Source of the DNA: Coriobacteriia bacterium
GTDB taxonomy: Bacteria; Actinomycetota; Coriobacteriia; WRKU01; WQUG01
DNA: 47,361 bases
Assembly (NCBI GenBank): GCA_009781115.1
Contig: WQYT01000003.1
Coordinates: 1 to 47,361, forward strand
Direction: 5' to 3'
Shown here piece after piece: positions 8,457 to 18,451 of this stretch (position 1 is the first letter of the stretch; each line of letters starts with the position of its first letter). The position numbers and the translations under genes were made by a program. The notes below the pieces were generated by a model. It worked only from the letters and a program-made list of their open reading frames with translations, did no database searches and was not told where the DNA came from.

Positions 8457-9584
8457 TCAGGCCAGCGCCTCCGTATAAACCCGCGTCGTTGCGGCCACCA
8501 TCGCGTCCGTGCTGAAGTCGGCCAGGGCCCGGGCCTGAGCCTGGGCGCCGAGACGAGCGCGCAGCGCGTCGTCTGCCAGCAGGCGGTTGATCGCCGCGGC
8601 CAGAGCCTCAGCGTCGCCTGCCGGCGCCGTCAGGCCGGTTACGCCGTCAAGGTTGGCATAGGTCACTCCCGTGGGCAGGTCACTGCTGACAACGGGCGTG
8701 CCCGCCGCGTGGGCTTCAATCTGGACCAGGCCAAAGGCCTCTGAAGGCGAGGTCGAAGGCAGGGTCAGCACGTCAGCGGCATGATACCAGGCTGCCAGCT
8801 CCGCATCGTCAACCCCGTCGATGATATGCAGCCGCTCGCTTGCCCCCGCTGCGGCGGCAAGGCTCGTCAGCACCGCGCGCTCAGACCCTGTGCCAATGAC
8901 CACGAACTGCGCATCTGGCACCAGGGGCAGCGCTCGACCCAGCACCTCGACGCCCTTGTAATAGACCAGCCGCCCCACGAACAGCACCAGCGGCGCGCCG
9001 CCAAAGGACGCGCGCAGCTCGCGGGCGCGCTCGATTGCCGCCGGATCATGCGCAATGCGCTCGACCGGCAGGCCAAAATTGACCTGTCGGCATTTGGCGG
9101 CGCGCCCCGCCAGATTGGCCGAACCCTTGATTAACTGAGGCGAGGACGCGATAATCAGGCGCGCGCGGTCAAGAAAACGATTCAAAAAAGGCTGGTAGAA
9201 GCGCAGAGCCAGCTTCTGACGGACGATATCTGAATGATAGGTCACCACATAAGGCGCCGTCTTAGAAGCCGCCTGGAGGGTCCACTGCGCCTCTCCCCAG
9301 GGATAGGGAAAGTGGAAGTGGAGCAGGTCTGCGCTTCTGGCCTCATGGGCCAACACGCGTCCAAAGTTATGGGCGATGGGCGTGGAGGCGACTTCCGTGC
9401 GCCGTGGCAGACGTAGCACTTCGACCCCGCAGATGACCTCTTCTGCATAGCGATGCTCGTTGTTGCAGACAATCACGCGCACCTGATGGCCCGCGACCGC
9501 CAGGGCCTCAGCCAGGTCGCGGACATGAAACTCGATGCCTCCAATGTGGGGCGGGTAGTACTTGTTGACCAGCGTCAGGCGCAT
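8457..9584 (-). CDS. Glycosyltransferase family 4
   Basis: YYPPHIGGIE, FVGRLVYYKG and EAFGLVQIEA (ExxxxxxxE) motifs. Confidence 0.92.
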   Translation of the reverse strand: MRLTLVNKYYPPHIGGIEFHVRDLAEALAVAGHQVRVIVCNNEHRYAEEVICGVEVLRLPRRTEVASTPIAHNFGRVLAHEARSADLLHFHFPYPWGEAQWTLQAASKTAPYVVTYHSDIVRQKLALRFYQPFLNRFLDRARLIIASSPQLIKGSANLAGRAAKCRQVNFGLPVERIAHDPAAIERARELRASFGGAPLVLFVGRLVYYKGVEVLGRALPLVPDAQFVVIGTGSERAVLTSLAAAAGASERLHIIDGVDDAELAAWYHAADVLTLPSTSPSEAFGLVQIEAHAAGTPVVSSDLPTGVTYANLDGVTGLTAPAGDAEALAAAINRLLADDALRARLGAQAQARALADFSTDAMVAATTRVYTEALA

Positions 9585-9587
9585 CGG

Positions 9588-11060
9588 TCAGTCGACCGGA
9601 TCTGCGATGAGGCGGCCTATACCCGGGATATCAGCGGCCTGCGGCTGCTCGACGCCCGTCGTTACCAGCCAGTATCCGGCGTTGAGCAGGCGATCAGTTG
9701 CCTGCTGCGTAAGCGCTTCGGCATAGATTCGCACCAGCGGCTCAGTCCCTGAGGGACGCAGCAGCAGCCATTGGTCATCGTCAAAGCGCAGCTTCAGCCC
9801 ATCGTGGTCGGTGGCGTCGCACAAGCTGAGCCCCGTGACCTGCGCGGGCCTGAGCGTGGGGATACGGGCTAAGAAGCCCTCCATCTGCTCCGGGCTCAGC
9901 CGCACGTCGATGCGCCGGTACTTCATGTCGCCGACCCGCTCATAGATATCTTCCATGAGCGCCTTCAGCGGCTTCTTGCGCGCGGCCATCACATTGACAA
10001 GCAGGATCGCCATCAGCAGCCCGTCACGCTCAAGCAGATGCCCGGGGATCCCGATGCCCCCGCTCTCCTCGCCGCCGATGAGCACCGGGCGCTCGATCAT
10101 CTGCTCGTAGACCCACTTAAAGCCGATCGGGGTCTCGATGCAGTCGCAGCCAAGCGCACGCGCGATGCGGTCAACCAAGACTGAGCCCGCGCGGGTCTTG
10201 ATGATCGCGCCCGTCTGCCCCTTGTCTTCTACCAGGTAAGTCGCCAGCAGCGCCATAAGTTTGGGAGGCGCTATCCAGAGGCCTGTCTCGTCAAGCGCGC
10301 CAATGCGATCAGCGTCGCCGTCGGTAATCAGCGCCGCCACACTGCCGGTGGCAAGCACCGCCTCGCGCGCCGGGGCCACCCAGGGCTCTATCGGCTCAGG
10401 ATGCAGGCCCCCAAAGCCGGGATTGCGCTCATCGTGGATTTCATGGACGGTCACGCCCGCCTCACGCAGGAGCCCGGCCAGAGCGCCCTGGCCGGCGCCG
10501 TAGAGCGGATCGACCACGACTTCCACTGGCCAGGCAGCGATGGCGCGGGTATCTATCTGGGCGCGCAACGCCTCCAGATAGGGGCTGAGCAAGTCCTCAG
10601 TCTCGACCTCAGCGCGCGCGTAGTCCGCGTGCTGCGGAAGCGCGGCTACAATGCGGTCCGTAAATTCGGGGAGCGCCGCGCCGCCGTCGGCCAGGCGCAC
10701 TTTATAGCCCAGATAGCTGCTGTCGTTATGGCTGGCCGTCAGCATCACCGCGCCGACCACGTCTGCGCGACGTGCCGCCGCCCAGCACAGTGTTGGCGTC
10801 GGGATGATGCGATCGGACAGGATCACGTTGACGCCATGGGCAGCGATGACCTCTGCTGCCAGACGCGCAAAGGCGTCGGCGCGAAACCGCGCGTCATAGC
10901 CTACCAGCAGAGTAGCGCCGGGTTGCGTGGACACGTCCGCAAAGACCTCCGCGGTCGCCTGCGCGAGGCGCGCAAGAGAGTCGCTCGTGAAGTCATCGCC
11001 GATGACCGCGCGCCATCCGTCAGTTCCAAAATGGATAGCCGCCTGCTCCGCCTGCTCCAT
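9588..11060 (-). CDS. Phosphoglucomutase/phosphomannomutase family protein
   Basis: FGTDGWR, TASHN (phosphoserine loop), DGDADR (metal), GEES and RPSGTEP motifs. Confidence 0.95.
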   Translation of the reverse strand: MEQAEQAAIHFGTDGWRAVIGDDFTSDSLARLAQATAEVFADVSTQPGATLLVGYDARFRADAFARLAAEVIAAHGVNVILSDRIIPTPTLCWAAARRADVVGAVMLTASHNDSSYLGYKVRLADGGAALPEFTDRIVAALPQHADYARAEVETEDLLSPYLEALRAQIDTRAIAAWPVEVVVDPLYGAGQGALAGLLREAGVTVHEIHDERNPGFGGLHPEPIEPWVAPAREAVLATGSVAALITDGDADRIGALDETGLWIAPPKLMALLATYLVEDKGQTGAIIKTRAGSVLVDRIARALGCDCIETPIGFKWVYEQMIERPVLIGGEESGGIGIPGHLLERDGLLMAILLVNVMAARKKPLKALMEDIYERVGDMKYRRIDVRLSPEQMEGFLARIPTLRPAQVTGLSLCDATDHDGLKLRFDDDQWLLLRPSGTEPLVRIYAEALTQQATDRLLNAGYWLVTTGVEQPQAADIPGIGRLIADPVD

Positions 11061-11069
11061 AGGGACTCC

Positions 11070-12254
11070 TTATCCGATTAATTCATTGAACAGCTTGATA
11101 TAGCTTTCAAGCATCTTCTTCTCGCTGAACTGTTCGCGCGCCCGCGCAGCGCCCGCCTCGCCCATCTTACGGGCGCGCTCAGGATCAAGCAACAGCTCTT
11201 TGAGGGCTGCGGCAAACGCCTCCTTGTCTTCCGGCGGAACCAAAATGCCGGTCTCGCCATCAGCGACCACCTCAGGGATTCCGCCGGTCTCAAAAGCAAC
11301 CACCGGCTTACCGTGCGCCATTGCCTCAAGCGCGACAACCGCTACCGCCTCAGAGCGCGAAGGCATGGCCACGACATCGCTGACGCGATACCAGCGCGAG
11401 ATCTGCGGCGCAAAGCCCATGATCTCAAAGTGATCGGCAATGGCCTCCTTGCGCAGCCAGGCGTTGAGGGCCTCCTTATCAGGGCCGGTGCCCGCCACCC
11501 GGAAGTTTGGCGCCGCTATCGTGGTGTCAGTAGGCCAGTCGCGCAGGATACGCGCCGCAACCTCCTCAAGAATATCGACCCCTTTGCTCTCAACCAGATT
11601 GCGGGCGACCGCAAACACCAGCGGACGGCCCGCAAGCCGGGCATCGTCTTCGGGCATCTTGGGCGCGCCAGAACCCGTCAGATTGACGGCGGCGTCAACA
11701 AAGGCGTCAGCGTCGATGCCGTTGGGGATCACCACGATCTCTTCTGCGGGAACCCCGTTTTCTACCAGCGCGTCAGAGACTGCCGCAGAAAGCGCGACGT
11801 ACACATCATTGTATTTACGCTTGGTCTGGCCAATAAGCTCCTTGGGAGAAAATGAAACCTTGCCCCCGGAAAAATCGAACGCCGAAGACGGAATGCGCGA
11901 CACGATGTTGACCACGTGCGCGCTGTCCGGCGCGCCGCGACGCACGAGCATGTTGGAAAAAAAGCTGGTGCCAACCACCAGATTGGCATTCATGCGCCAG
12001 GCCATATGATGAATGCTGCGCTTGAGGCGCCCCATATGAAATGCGCCCATCGCTACCGCGTCAACTTTGGCGCCCGCCTCGATGGCCGCGTGCGCAAAGC
12101 CTGAGCCCGCCGCAGCTACCACCCCTACCTGCGCGCCCGCAGCAAGCAGGCCCTTGACAAGCGGTATCGCGCGCGTGCCATAACGCCCGATATTGGGGCC
12201 AGAAAAACTATTTACGATAACAACGCGCAGATTTTGTGCCGACTGATCAGACAC
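11070..12254 (-). CDS. Glycosyltransferase family 4
   Basis: VIPNGID, ESKG and SEAVAVVALEAMAHGKPVV...GGIPE motifs. Confidence 0.9.
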   Translation of the reverse strand: MSDQSAQNLRVVIVNSFSGPNIGRYGTRAIPLVKGLLAAGAQVGVVAAAGSGFAHAAIEAGAKVDAVAMGAFHMGRLKRSIHHMAWRMNANLVVGTSFFSNMLVRRGAPDSAHVVNIVSRIPSSAFDFSGGKVSFSPKELIGQTKRKYNDVYVALSAAVSDALVENGVPAEEIVVIPNGIDADAFVDAAVNLTGSGAPKMPEDDARLAGRPLVFAVARNLVESKGVDILEEVAARILRDWPTDTTIAAPNFRVAGTGPDKEALNAWLRKEAIADHFEIMGFAPQISRWYRVSDVVAMPSRSEAVAVVALEAMAHGKPVVAFETGGIPEVVADGETGILVPPEDKEAFAAALKELLLDPERARKMGEAGAARAREQFSEKKMLESYIKLFNELIG

Positions 12255-12291
12255 GATTCACCTCTCAGCTAGAACTGACTTCTCGCGTTTT

Positions 12292-12300
12292 ATTGTAACA
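12292..12300 (-). promoter_or_regulatory. Putative internal extended -10 promoter (TGnTACAAT)
   Basis: The minus strand reads TGTTACAAT in the 85-nt gap upstream of the GT starting at 12254. Confidence 0.4.
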
Positions 12301-12339
12301 TTTGGACGCCTGCTCCACGGACTGCCTACAGCGCTGGTC

Positions 12340-13497
12340 CTACCAGCTGCAGAGACGCTCGTAGAGAGCAAGCGTTGCTTCAGCCGACTGGTGCCAGCTG
12401 AAGGTCGCCGCACGCTTGTAGGCCGCGGCAGAAAGCGCGTCAACGAAGTCCTGGTCGCGCGCGATGTGAAGCAGCAACGCGGCAAGCTCCTCGGGGTCAT
12501 CGGGCTTGAAGTAGACCGCCCCGGCCCCCTCGCCTTCGCCCAGAACTTCTGGCAGCGCACCTGCGTGAGCAGCCAGGATCGGGGTCGCAAAGCTTGCCGC
12601 CTCAAGCGCGCAGGTACCAAAGCTTGCATAATGCGACGGGGCAACAAAGGCAAGCGTATGAGCATAGAGCCAGCGCAGCTCCTCATCGGTAACCCGGTTT
12701 GTGAAATGAATCAGTTCTGAGGCTGCCAAGGGCAGTCGTGGCGCAAGTTGCCCTGATCGGTTCTTGCCAACCAGCAGCAGGCGAGGACAGGCCCGCACAT
12801 CAAAACCCGTCAGGGCGGCGGCCTGCTGGAAAAAGTGCCCGAAGGCCTGCACCACAACAGAAAGATTCTGGTAGGGCTGCGCGTTGCCCATCGCCAGGAA
12901 AAACTGCGTCGGCGGCAGGCGGTGCATGAGGTCGGGCATCAGTTCTTTGCCCGTGGCGACAAAGTCGTCTGCCGCCTTAGGGATGACGCAGAGCCTGTCT
13001 GCGGCTACAGGAAAGCGGCGCGCAACAACATCTGCCGCCTGCTGCGTGGGCACGATGAGCGCCTGGGAAGTCTTGGCTGCGCGGGCGACCAGACGCAGGG
13101 GTCCGCGGCACTGGGGCGCGGGTATCAGGCTGTCTTCGAGGACAAGCGGCGCCAGGTCATGCAGCGTAGCCACCAAAGGCGTCTTTGTCCGTAGACCCGC
13201 CACAGCAGGATCGAGAACATGCACGACCTCAGGGTCGAGCCGACGAATAATCCGGGAAATCTCACGCAGACCCGCAGGCGTTGCCGGGTCCTTGCTCAGC
13301 GTGATCACCTGGCATTTCTGCCGGCGCTCGCTGAAGGAGGTCTGGCCGGCAGCCACGATAAGCGTGAGCTGAGGGCGCGTCTGCGACGGCAGCTGAAGCA
13401 GGCCACCCACAAGTCCGCGTGCATAACGAACCAGACCAGGGCGAGAAGAAGTGGCCACGACGGCAACAGAAAGCCGGATCGACGGACCGTCAGACAT
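12340..13497 (-). CDS. Glycosyltransferase family 4-like, with degenerate catalytic motif
   Basis: Likely start MSDGPS after GGAGGA; ATLHDL, LYAHT..FVAPSHYASFGTCALEA and FSW motifs. Confidence 0.8.
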   Translation of the reverse strand: MSDGPSIRLSVAVVATSSRPGLVRYARGLVGGLLQLPSQTRPQLTLIVAAGQTSFSERRQKCQVITLSKDPATPAGLREISRIIRRLDPEVVHVLDPAVAGLRTKTPLVATLHDLAPLVLEDSLIPAPQCRGPLRLVARAAKTSQALIVPTQQAADVVARRFPVAADRLCVIPKAADDFVATGKELMPDLMHRLPPTQFFLAMGNAQPYQNLSVVVQAFGHFFQQAAALTGFDVRACPRLLLVGKNRSGQLAPRLPLAASELIHFTNRVTDEELRWLYAHTLAFVAPSHYASFGTCALEAASFATPILAAHAGALPEVLGEGEGAGAVYFKPDDPEELAALLLHIARDQDFVDALSAAAYKRAATFSWHQSAEATLALYERLCSW

Positions 13498-14710
13498 GCG
13501 CACGTTCCTCCTCCTGCACAGAATCGATAACATCCTGATAACACGCGACGGTTTGCTCCACCATCGCCTCAAGCGTGAACGCGGCGTCAACATGGGCTTT
13601 GGCCCGGGCCGCGCGCTGCTGGCGTTGCTCCGGGTTCCCGATCGCTTCTGTGAGCACTTCTGTGAGCGCAGAAAGGTCATCTGGAGGCGCCAGCCAGCCT
13701 TCCTGCGGAGGCAGGATCGCCTCCTTGTTGCCCCCTACGTCAGTCGTCACGATCGCACAGCCCGCATCGGCCGCTTCAATGATTGTGTACGGGAAGCCCT
13801 CCCAGAGCGACGGCAGGACGAACAGGTCGGCCGCCACAAACGCCGCCGTCAGATCGGGGCGAGGGGGCAGCAGACGCACCGAGGACGTCAGACCCAGGCG
13901 CTCGATACAGGCGGCAAGTTCCGAGCGCTGTTGCGCGCTACCCGCGCTGATGAGCGCGAGGATCGCGCGGGGGGCCAGGGGCCGGGCCGGGGGCTGGGCC
14001 GGGAGCGCCTGCGGAGCCAGGGTCGCCTCGGCCAGCACCGCGGAGAACGCTTCCAACAGCTGGGGTTGGTTCTTCTGGGGGCAGATGCGTCCCACGTGAA
14101 GAAGCAGCGGAGTATCTGGCGCGGTGCCTGCCTCTTCCCGGAACGCGGCAGACTCGCTGGCCAGAGCCTTGAGCGCCTCCTCCGTGTGCACGGCAATGCC
14201 GTTGTAGATAACGCGGCTGCGCTGCGGATCAAGCAGGCGCAGATGGGCGCCTCGCTCTTTATCGGCCGCACAGACGGTGATGAACTGCGCGGTACGCCTG
14301 CGAAGTACGCGCTCCAGCGCCAGCTTGGCAAAACGGACAGGCCCTCCCTGGTCAGCATGGATGCCATGGACCGTGTAAATCAGACGCCTGCGTGCCTGTG
14401 GGTCTGCCGGTCGCGCAAACGCAGCCGCGCGCGCGCCCTGGGCATGCACAATGTCGGGCGCAAACTGACAGATCACGCCACGCAGCGCCCGTATCGTCTT
14501 CGGGCGCAAGGCCCCGTCCAGCGGGAGCGGAAAGTAGTCCGCGCCAATTGTGTTCGCAATGCGCGCCAGGTCTCCGCCCGCAGGGGCCGCTATCCCCAGC
14601 CGGACGCCCCGGTCTGCCAGCGCGCAGGCCAGATCGGCCGTGTGGCGCTCCCCGCCACCAGTCGTCGCGTTTGCGGCTGCCACCAGCAAGATGCTCATCG
14701 GGGCTGTCAC
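13490..14710 (-). CDS. Glycosyltransferase family 4
   Basis: GGGERH, IYNGI, VGRICPQKN and WEGFPYTIIEA motifs. Confidence 0.9.
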   Translation of the reverse strand: MTAPMSILLVAAANATTGGGERHTADLACALADRGVRLGIAAPAGGDLARIANTIGADYFPLPLDGALRPKTIRALRGVICQFAPDIVHAQGARAAAFARPADPQARRRLIYTVHGIHADQGGPVRFAKLALERVLRRRTAQFITVCAADKERGAHLRLLDPQRSRVIYNGIAVHTEEALKALASESAAFREEAGTAPDTPLLLHVGRICPQKNQPQLLEAFSAVLAEATLAPQALPAQPPARPLAPRAILALISAGSAQQRSELAACIERLGLTSSVRLLPPRPDLTAAFVAADLFVLPSLWEGFPYTIIEAADAGCAIVTTDVGGNKEAILPPQEGWLAPPDDLSALTEVLTEAIGNPEQRQQRAARAKAHVDAAFTLEAMVEQTVACYQDVIDSVQEEERAHV

Positions 14711-15945
14711 GACGTAAGCGCTTTCTCGAAAACTGCAAGAAACTCCTGTGTTTGCGACGCCGTTTCATACTCATTTAGTTGCTCAGAGAGCACCGGGGTC
14801 AACTTTCCCTGTTTCTTTTTGCTTATAAAGCCGCAAAGAAGAACCGCCAGTTTTTCCGGCCCTGCAGGGCAGCTGTTCAGCAATCCAAACTCATCTAAAA
14901 ACGAAACAATCTCTGCGTCAGCGTCGCCCAGATAGAGGACCTGTTTTCCGAGCGCTATCGTGTCATACATCTTTTGCGGGAGCGCCGTTTTGTCCCCCGG
15001 CAAGGTCGAGATGACAGAGATATCTGCTTCCGCCAGTTTTTCCAGGGCAACATTGCGCGGAACAAAGCCGTGGCGCCTTACGTTTGAGGGCGCCCGTGAC
15101 AGGTCCTGTCGATTCTGTCGATTGACGACCCCATAGATATCAAAACGGACGTCCGCTTGAGGAAGCAGCCTGAGCGCCTCGATCACCGGCGATACCGTAC
15201 GTCCTCCGTACAGTTCCCCCGTGTATATCAGGCGCAGTGGTCCCTCCACCACCCGTGGCGACGGCGTCATCTCCTGATCATAGCCATTCTTGATGACCGT
15301 CAGCTTGTCAGACAAAAACGGAAAGGCGTCCCGGTAGTCCTGCGCGCAGGACTCGCTTACCGTGATGATCTGGCTCGCCTGCCTCAGGATCGCCTCTTCA
15401 AGAGCTCTCTCTTCTTCGCTTGCCGGGCTGAGCGGGTTAGTCGTCCACAAGTCACGGTAATCTATCACAAAGGGAACACCGCAGGCTTCTGATATCTCAT
15501 TGACCACGACCAGCGGCTCCCAGTGCGGTACGGTTGCATAGATCAGATCGCAGTCACCTGCCAGCTCCTTGCCCGCCGCTATCATGGGGATCATCCAGGC
15601 GTTTGACTCTCCGGAAAACAGAGGGTACGGCAACGCCGGCGCAGTCACGTTCTTCTTGAACTTTAACAGCCTCTGATACAGCTTATAGAGCTCGACCAGC
15701 CGCCCGCCTGAGAGCCGGACCAGCTTTCTGCGCAGGGTGCCGCCAGAAGGAATCCGAACAACCGTAACGCCTGCTGGTATAAAGTCCAGCAGCGTAGGAT
15801 CCGAGCGCAGAGAGCCCGGCTCATCGACTGTCAATACCTTGACCTCATGGCCCGCCTGCACAAGTCCGCGAACCAGACGCAGCGGTCTGAACACCCCGGT
15901 ATTGGCAACCGGCGGAAACGAGCGTGTGACCACGAGTATCTTCAT
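14707..15945 (-). CDS. Glycosyltransferase (GT-B, GT4-like)
   Basis: SFPP...GVFR, DYRDLW, IKNGYD, YTGELY and PQKMYD motifs. Confidence 0.85.
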   Translation of the reverse strand: MKILVVTRSFPPVANTGVFRPLRLVRGLVQAGHEVKVLTVDEPGSLRSDPTLLDFIPAGVTVVRIPSGGTLRRKLVRLSGGRLVELYKLYQRLLKFKKNVTAPALPYPLFSGESNAWMIPMIAAGKELAGDCDLIYATVPHWEPLVVVNEISEACGVPFVIDYRDLWTTNPLSPASEEERALEEAILRQASQIITVSESCAQDYRDAFPFLSDKLTVIKNGYDQEMTPSPRVVEGPLRLIYTGELYGGRTVSPVIEALRLLPQADVRFDIYGVVNRQNRQDLSRAPSNVRRHGFVPRNVALEKLAEADISVISTLPGDKTALPQKMYDTIALGKQVLYLGDADAEIVSFLDEFGLLNSCPAGPEKLAVLLCGFISKKKQGKLTPVLSEQLNEYETASQTQEFLAVFEKALTS

Positions 15946-17186
15946 GAGCGTCCAGCTTCATCAGGTCGAGTGCGCCGGGCGGTCGTCCCCGCTTGCGCAA
16001 GTACGGCCCGGTATACCTTGGTAAGCGCCTCTCTTTGAACGTCATCGGTATAGCGAGCGCGTTGCGCCAGCGCGCCTGCGCTTAAGGCGGCCCGATGGCG
16101 GGGGTCAGCCTTCAGCTTATTGAGCGCCTCAGCAAGCGCCTCCGGCGTTGCCGGATCAACTAACACCGCGCATTCGTCGATCGACGGGAAGTCTGCCAGG
16201 GCAGAGGTCTTAAACGCGATAGGCGGCAAGCCCGCCGCCAGGTAGTCAAAGAGCTTGTTCGGCAATGCCCCATTCGTCTGGCGCGTGCTGGCATCTGTTC
16301 CGATAAACCCCAGGTCAAAACCCCCAAGAGAGGCGATCACCTCATCGATGGGTACCGGGGCAAGGAAGTCGACTGAATCCTGCAAGTCAAGGCGCTCGAC
16401 CTGGGCAATCAGGGCGGCGAGCTCCGGACCTTGCCCCTGGATCGTGGCCTGGCACCCGGGCGCCATGCCGATCGCTTCGACCAGCAGCGCGACATTGCGG
16501 TTTTTTGCCAGGTTGCCCGAGTGGACTACCTTAAGCGCCGCACTCTGCTTGGTAGCTGCTGGTTTTTGCTGCTTGTCCGTGCGCTGCTCCAAAGAAGCCT
16601 GCCCAAAAGCGCTGTATACGATACTGACACTGCGCGCACCCCACTCCTCACGATACCATCTGCCCAGAAGCGGACTGACCGTGATGATCTGAGCCGCCTG
16701 GGGCGCCGCGCGCTGCTCGGTATCGGACAGATGCTGGGCAAGCGCAGGATCGAGTCCGTAGATAGCTGAGTGAAGATGCTCAGGCCAGTATTCGTAGGGT
16801 TCATAGATAAAGGGGACAGCCCGTTCTTCAGCAAAGAGCGCGACCGCCTCAAGCGAAAAGACATTGACGACATGGATCAGATCGGGATTGACCTTCTCAA
16901 GCAGGCGCCGGCACCACTCGGTGCGCAGGCGCTGCGCATTGAGTGGGTTGAAGTGATTACCAAGGTGCCAGAAAAAGCGACCGACCCTGCCTGCAGGAAC
17001 CGGATAGGGGCGGTAGTCAACGCCCGCAGGAAGCGCCGCGCCCGAGCGTTGTGGTTCCAGACCCTGGTCGATCACGGTCACAGACAGCCCAAGCTGGCAG
17101 AGAGACTGGACGCTGCGTTGCGCCCGCCGGTCAGCAAAGTACAAGGAGTCAGTGATAAAAACAGCCTTCTTATGCTCGGGCATCAT
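15942..17186 (-). CDS. Glycosyltransferase (GT4-like, PNK-F subfamily)
   Basis: D.RAQR, IYEPYEYWP and LPNKLFDYLAAGLP motifs. Confidence 0.85.
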   Translation of the reverse strand: MMPEHKKAVFITDSLYFADRRAQRSVQSLCQLGLSVTVIDQGLEPQRSGAALPAGVDYRPYPVPAGRVGRFFWHLGNHFNPLNAQRLRTEWCRRLLEKVNPDLIHVVNVFSLEAVALFAEERAVPFIYEPYEYWPEHLHSAIYGLDPALAQHLSDTEQRAAPQAAQIITVSPLLGRWYREEWGARSVSIVYSAFGQASLEQRTDKQQKPAATKQSAALKVVHSGNLAKNRNVALLVEAIGMAPGCQATIQGQGPELAALIAQVERLDLQDSVDFLAPVPIDEVIASLGGFDLGFIGTDASTRQTNGALPNKLFDYLAAGLPPIAFKTSALADFPSIDECAVLVDPATPEALAEALNKLKADPRHRAALSAGALAQRARYTDDVQREALTKVYRAVLAQAGTTARRTRPDEAGRS

Positions 17187-18414
17187 CTGTCCTTTGCGCC
17201 ATCATCGCAACAAACGCCTCCCGCAGGCGTTCTGCCTGGGCTTGGCCCACATAGCGCGGAGCCAATGCAGTTGCCCCCGCTTTCATGGCAGACACCCGCA
17301 CCGGATCCTGTGCCAACTGGCGCAGGGCCACCGCCAAAGCGTCAACTGACACTTCTGGCAATATCGTGGCAAAGCTCTCGATATCTTCAAATTCTGTGAA
17401 CGCCGGAGTAGGTGACACGATAGCGCCTAAACCTGCAGCCATACACTCGAAGAACTTGTTAGGAAGCGCTCCCAAAACCTGAAAGTTGTAATCCCCAAAA
17501 ACCGAAATACCCACATCGTAGTGACTGGCTGACACAACGACCTGATCGTAAGGAACCGGCTTGACCACATGGATTCTGTCCTCAAGCCCGCGCTTCTTGA
17601 TTTCATCATGCAGCCATCCCTCAAGAGGGCCGGAGCCCTGAAAGCTCATGTCAACGCCTTCGGTACGGGCTGCGGCTTCAAAGATGAGCTCAACGTTGCG
17701 TTCGGGTCGTAAGTTGCCCAGATAAACGAACTTGACTGTGCTACCGACCGGACGGGCAACTTCAACACAAGTTGGTGGCGCATTGAAAATGACCAGAGGA
17801 ATGCGGGGCAGGTTGAACTCGGTCTGATAGGCGCGCGCCAGTAAAGGCGAGACCGTGATCGCAAGATCAGCCTGAGCCATATGATCACGCTCAGCCGCAT
17901 ATATGGCATGACGTTCACTATCTGAAAACGCCCAGGCAGGCCCTTTACGATGATCGGGCCAATATTCGTACGCATCATATATCAACGCGGCGCCAAGCTG
18001 CCCGGCTGCTTCGGCACACGGCTTCAGCGTGGCAGCATTAATGGCATACACAACGTCAGGCTTCTCATTCAGTACTGCTTTTCGGACCAGATTTTCACTG
18101 AAGACGCCCGCTTTGCGGTCATAGTATCGTGCGCACAGGTTATAGATGATCAGGTTATAGGCGATACGCAATAAGCGATATCTGGTTTTACCCGGAGCAG
18201 GCCCCTGGCGACTAATAAAACGCACCGAGAACGGCTCCTCTGCCTGCGGTTCAGTCCGGGCATTTGGATAGGTCACAACAAAGACCTTCACCGTAGCCAG
18301 ACGCGAAAGCGCCTCAGCCGTTTTGCGCGTTCGGATATCAACAGCGCCACGCGCTACGATACAAACAAGTGGCTTGTTCTGCTTTTCTGTCATTACCTTA
18401 CTCGCTTCAAACAT
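17170..18414 (-). CDS. Glycosyltransferase (GT4-like, PNK-F subfamily)
   Basis: DIRTRK, IYDAYEYWP and LPNKFFECMAAGL motifs; the start may be at 18393 (MTEKQ). Confidence 0.85.
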   Translation of the reverse strand: MFEASKVMTEKQNKPLVCIVARGAVDIRTRKTAEALSRLATVKVFVVTYPNARTEPQAEEPFSVRFISRQGPAPGKTRYRLLRIAYNLIIYNLCARYYDRKAGVFSENLVRKAVLNEKPDVVYAINAATLKPCAEAAGQLGAALIYDAYEYWPDHRKGPAWAFSDSERHAIYAAERDHMAQADLAITVSPLLARAYQTEFNLPRIPLVIFNAPPTCVEVARPVGSTVKFVYLGNLRPERNVELIFEAAARTEGVDMSFQGSGPLEGWLHDEIKKRGLEDRIHVVKPVPYDQVVVSASHYDVGISVFGDYNFQVLGALPNKFFECMAAGLGAIVSPTPAFTEFEDIESFATILPEVSVDALAVALRQLAQDPVRVSAMKAGATALAPRYVGQAQAERLREAFVAMMAQRTDDARA

Positions 18415-18451
18415 TCATACCGCATCAGTCATCACCAACAGTGGCTCGTTC

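Noticed and set aside
13451-14935. 494-aa plus-strand ORF
   Set aside because: Antisense shadow of GT genes; Arg-rich, with no motifs or RBS.
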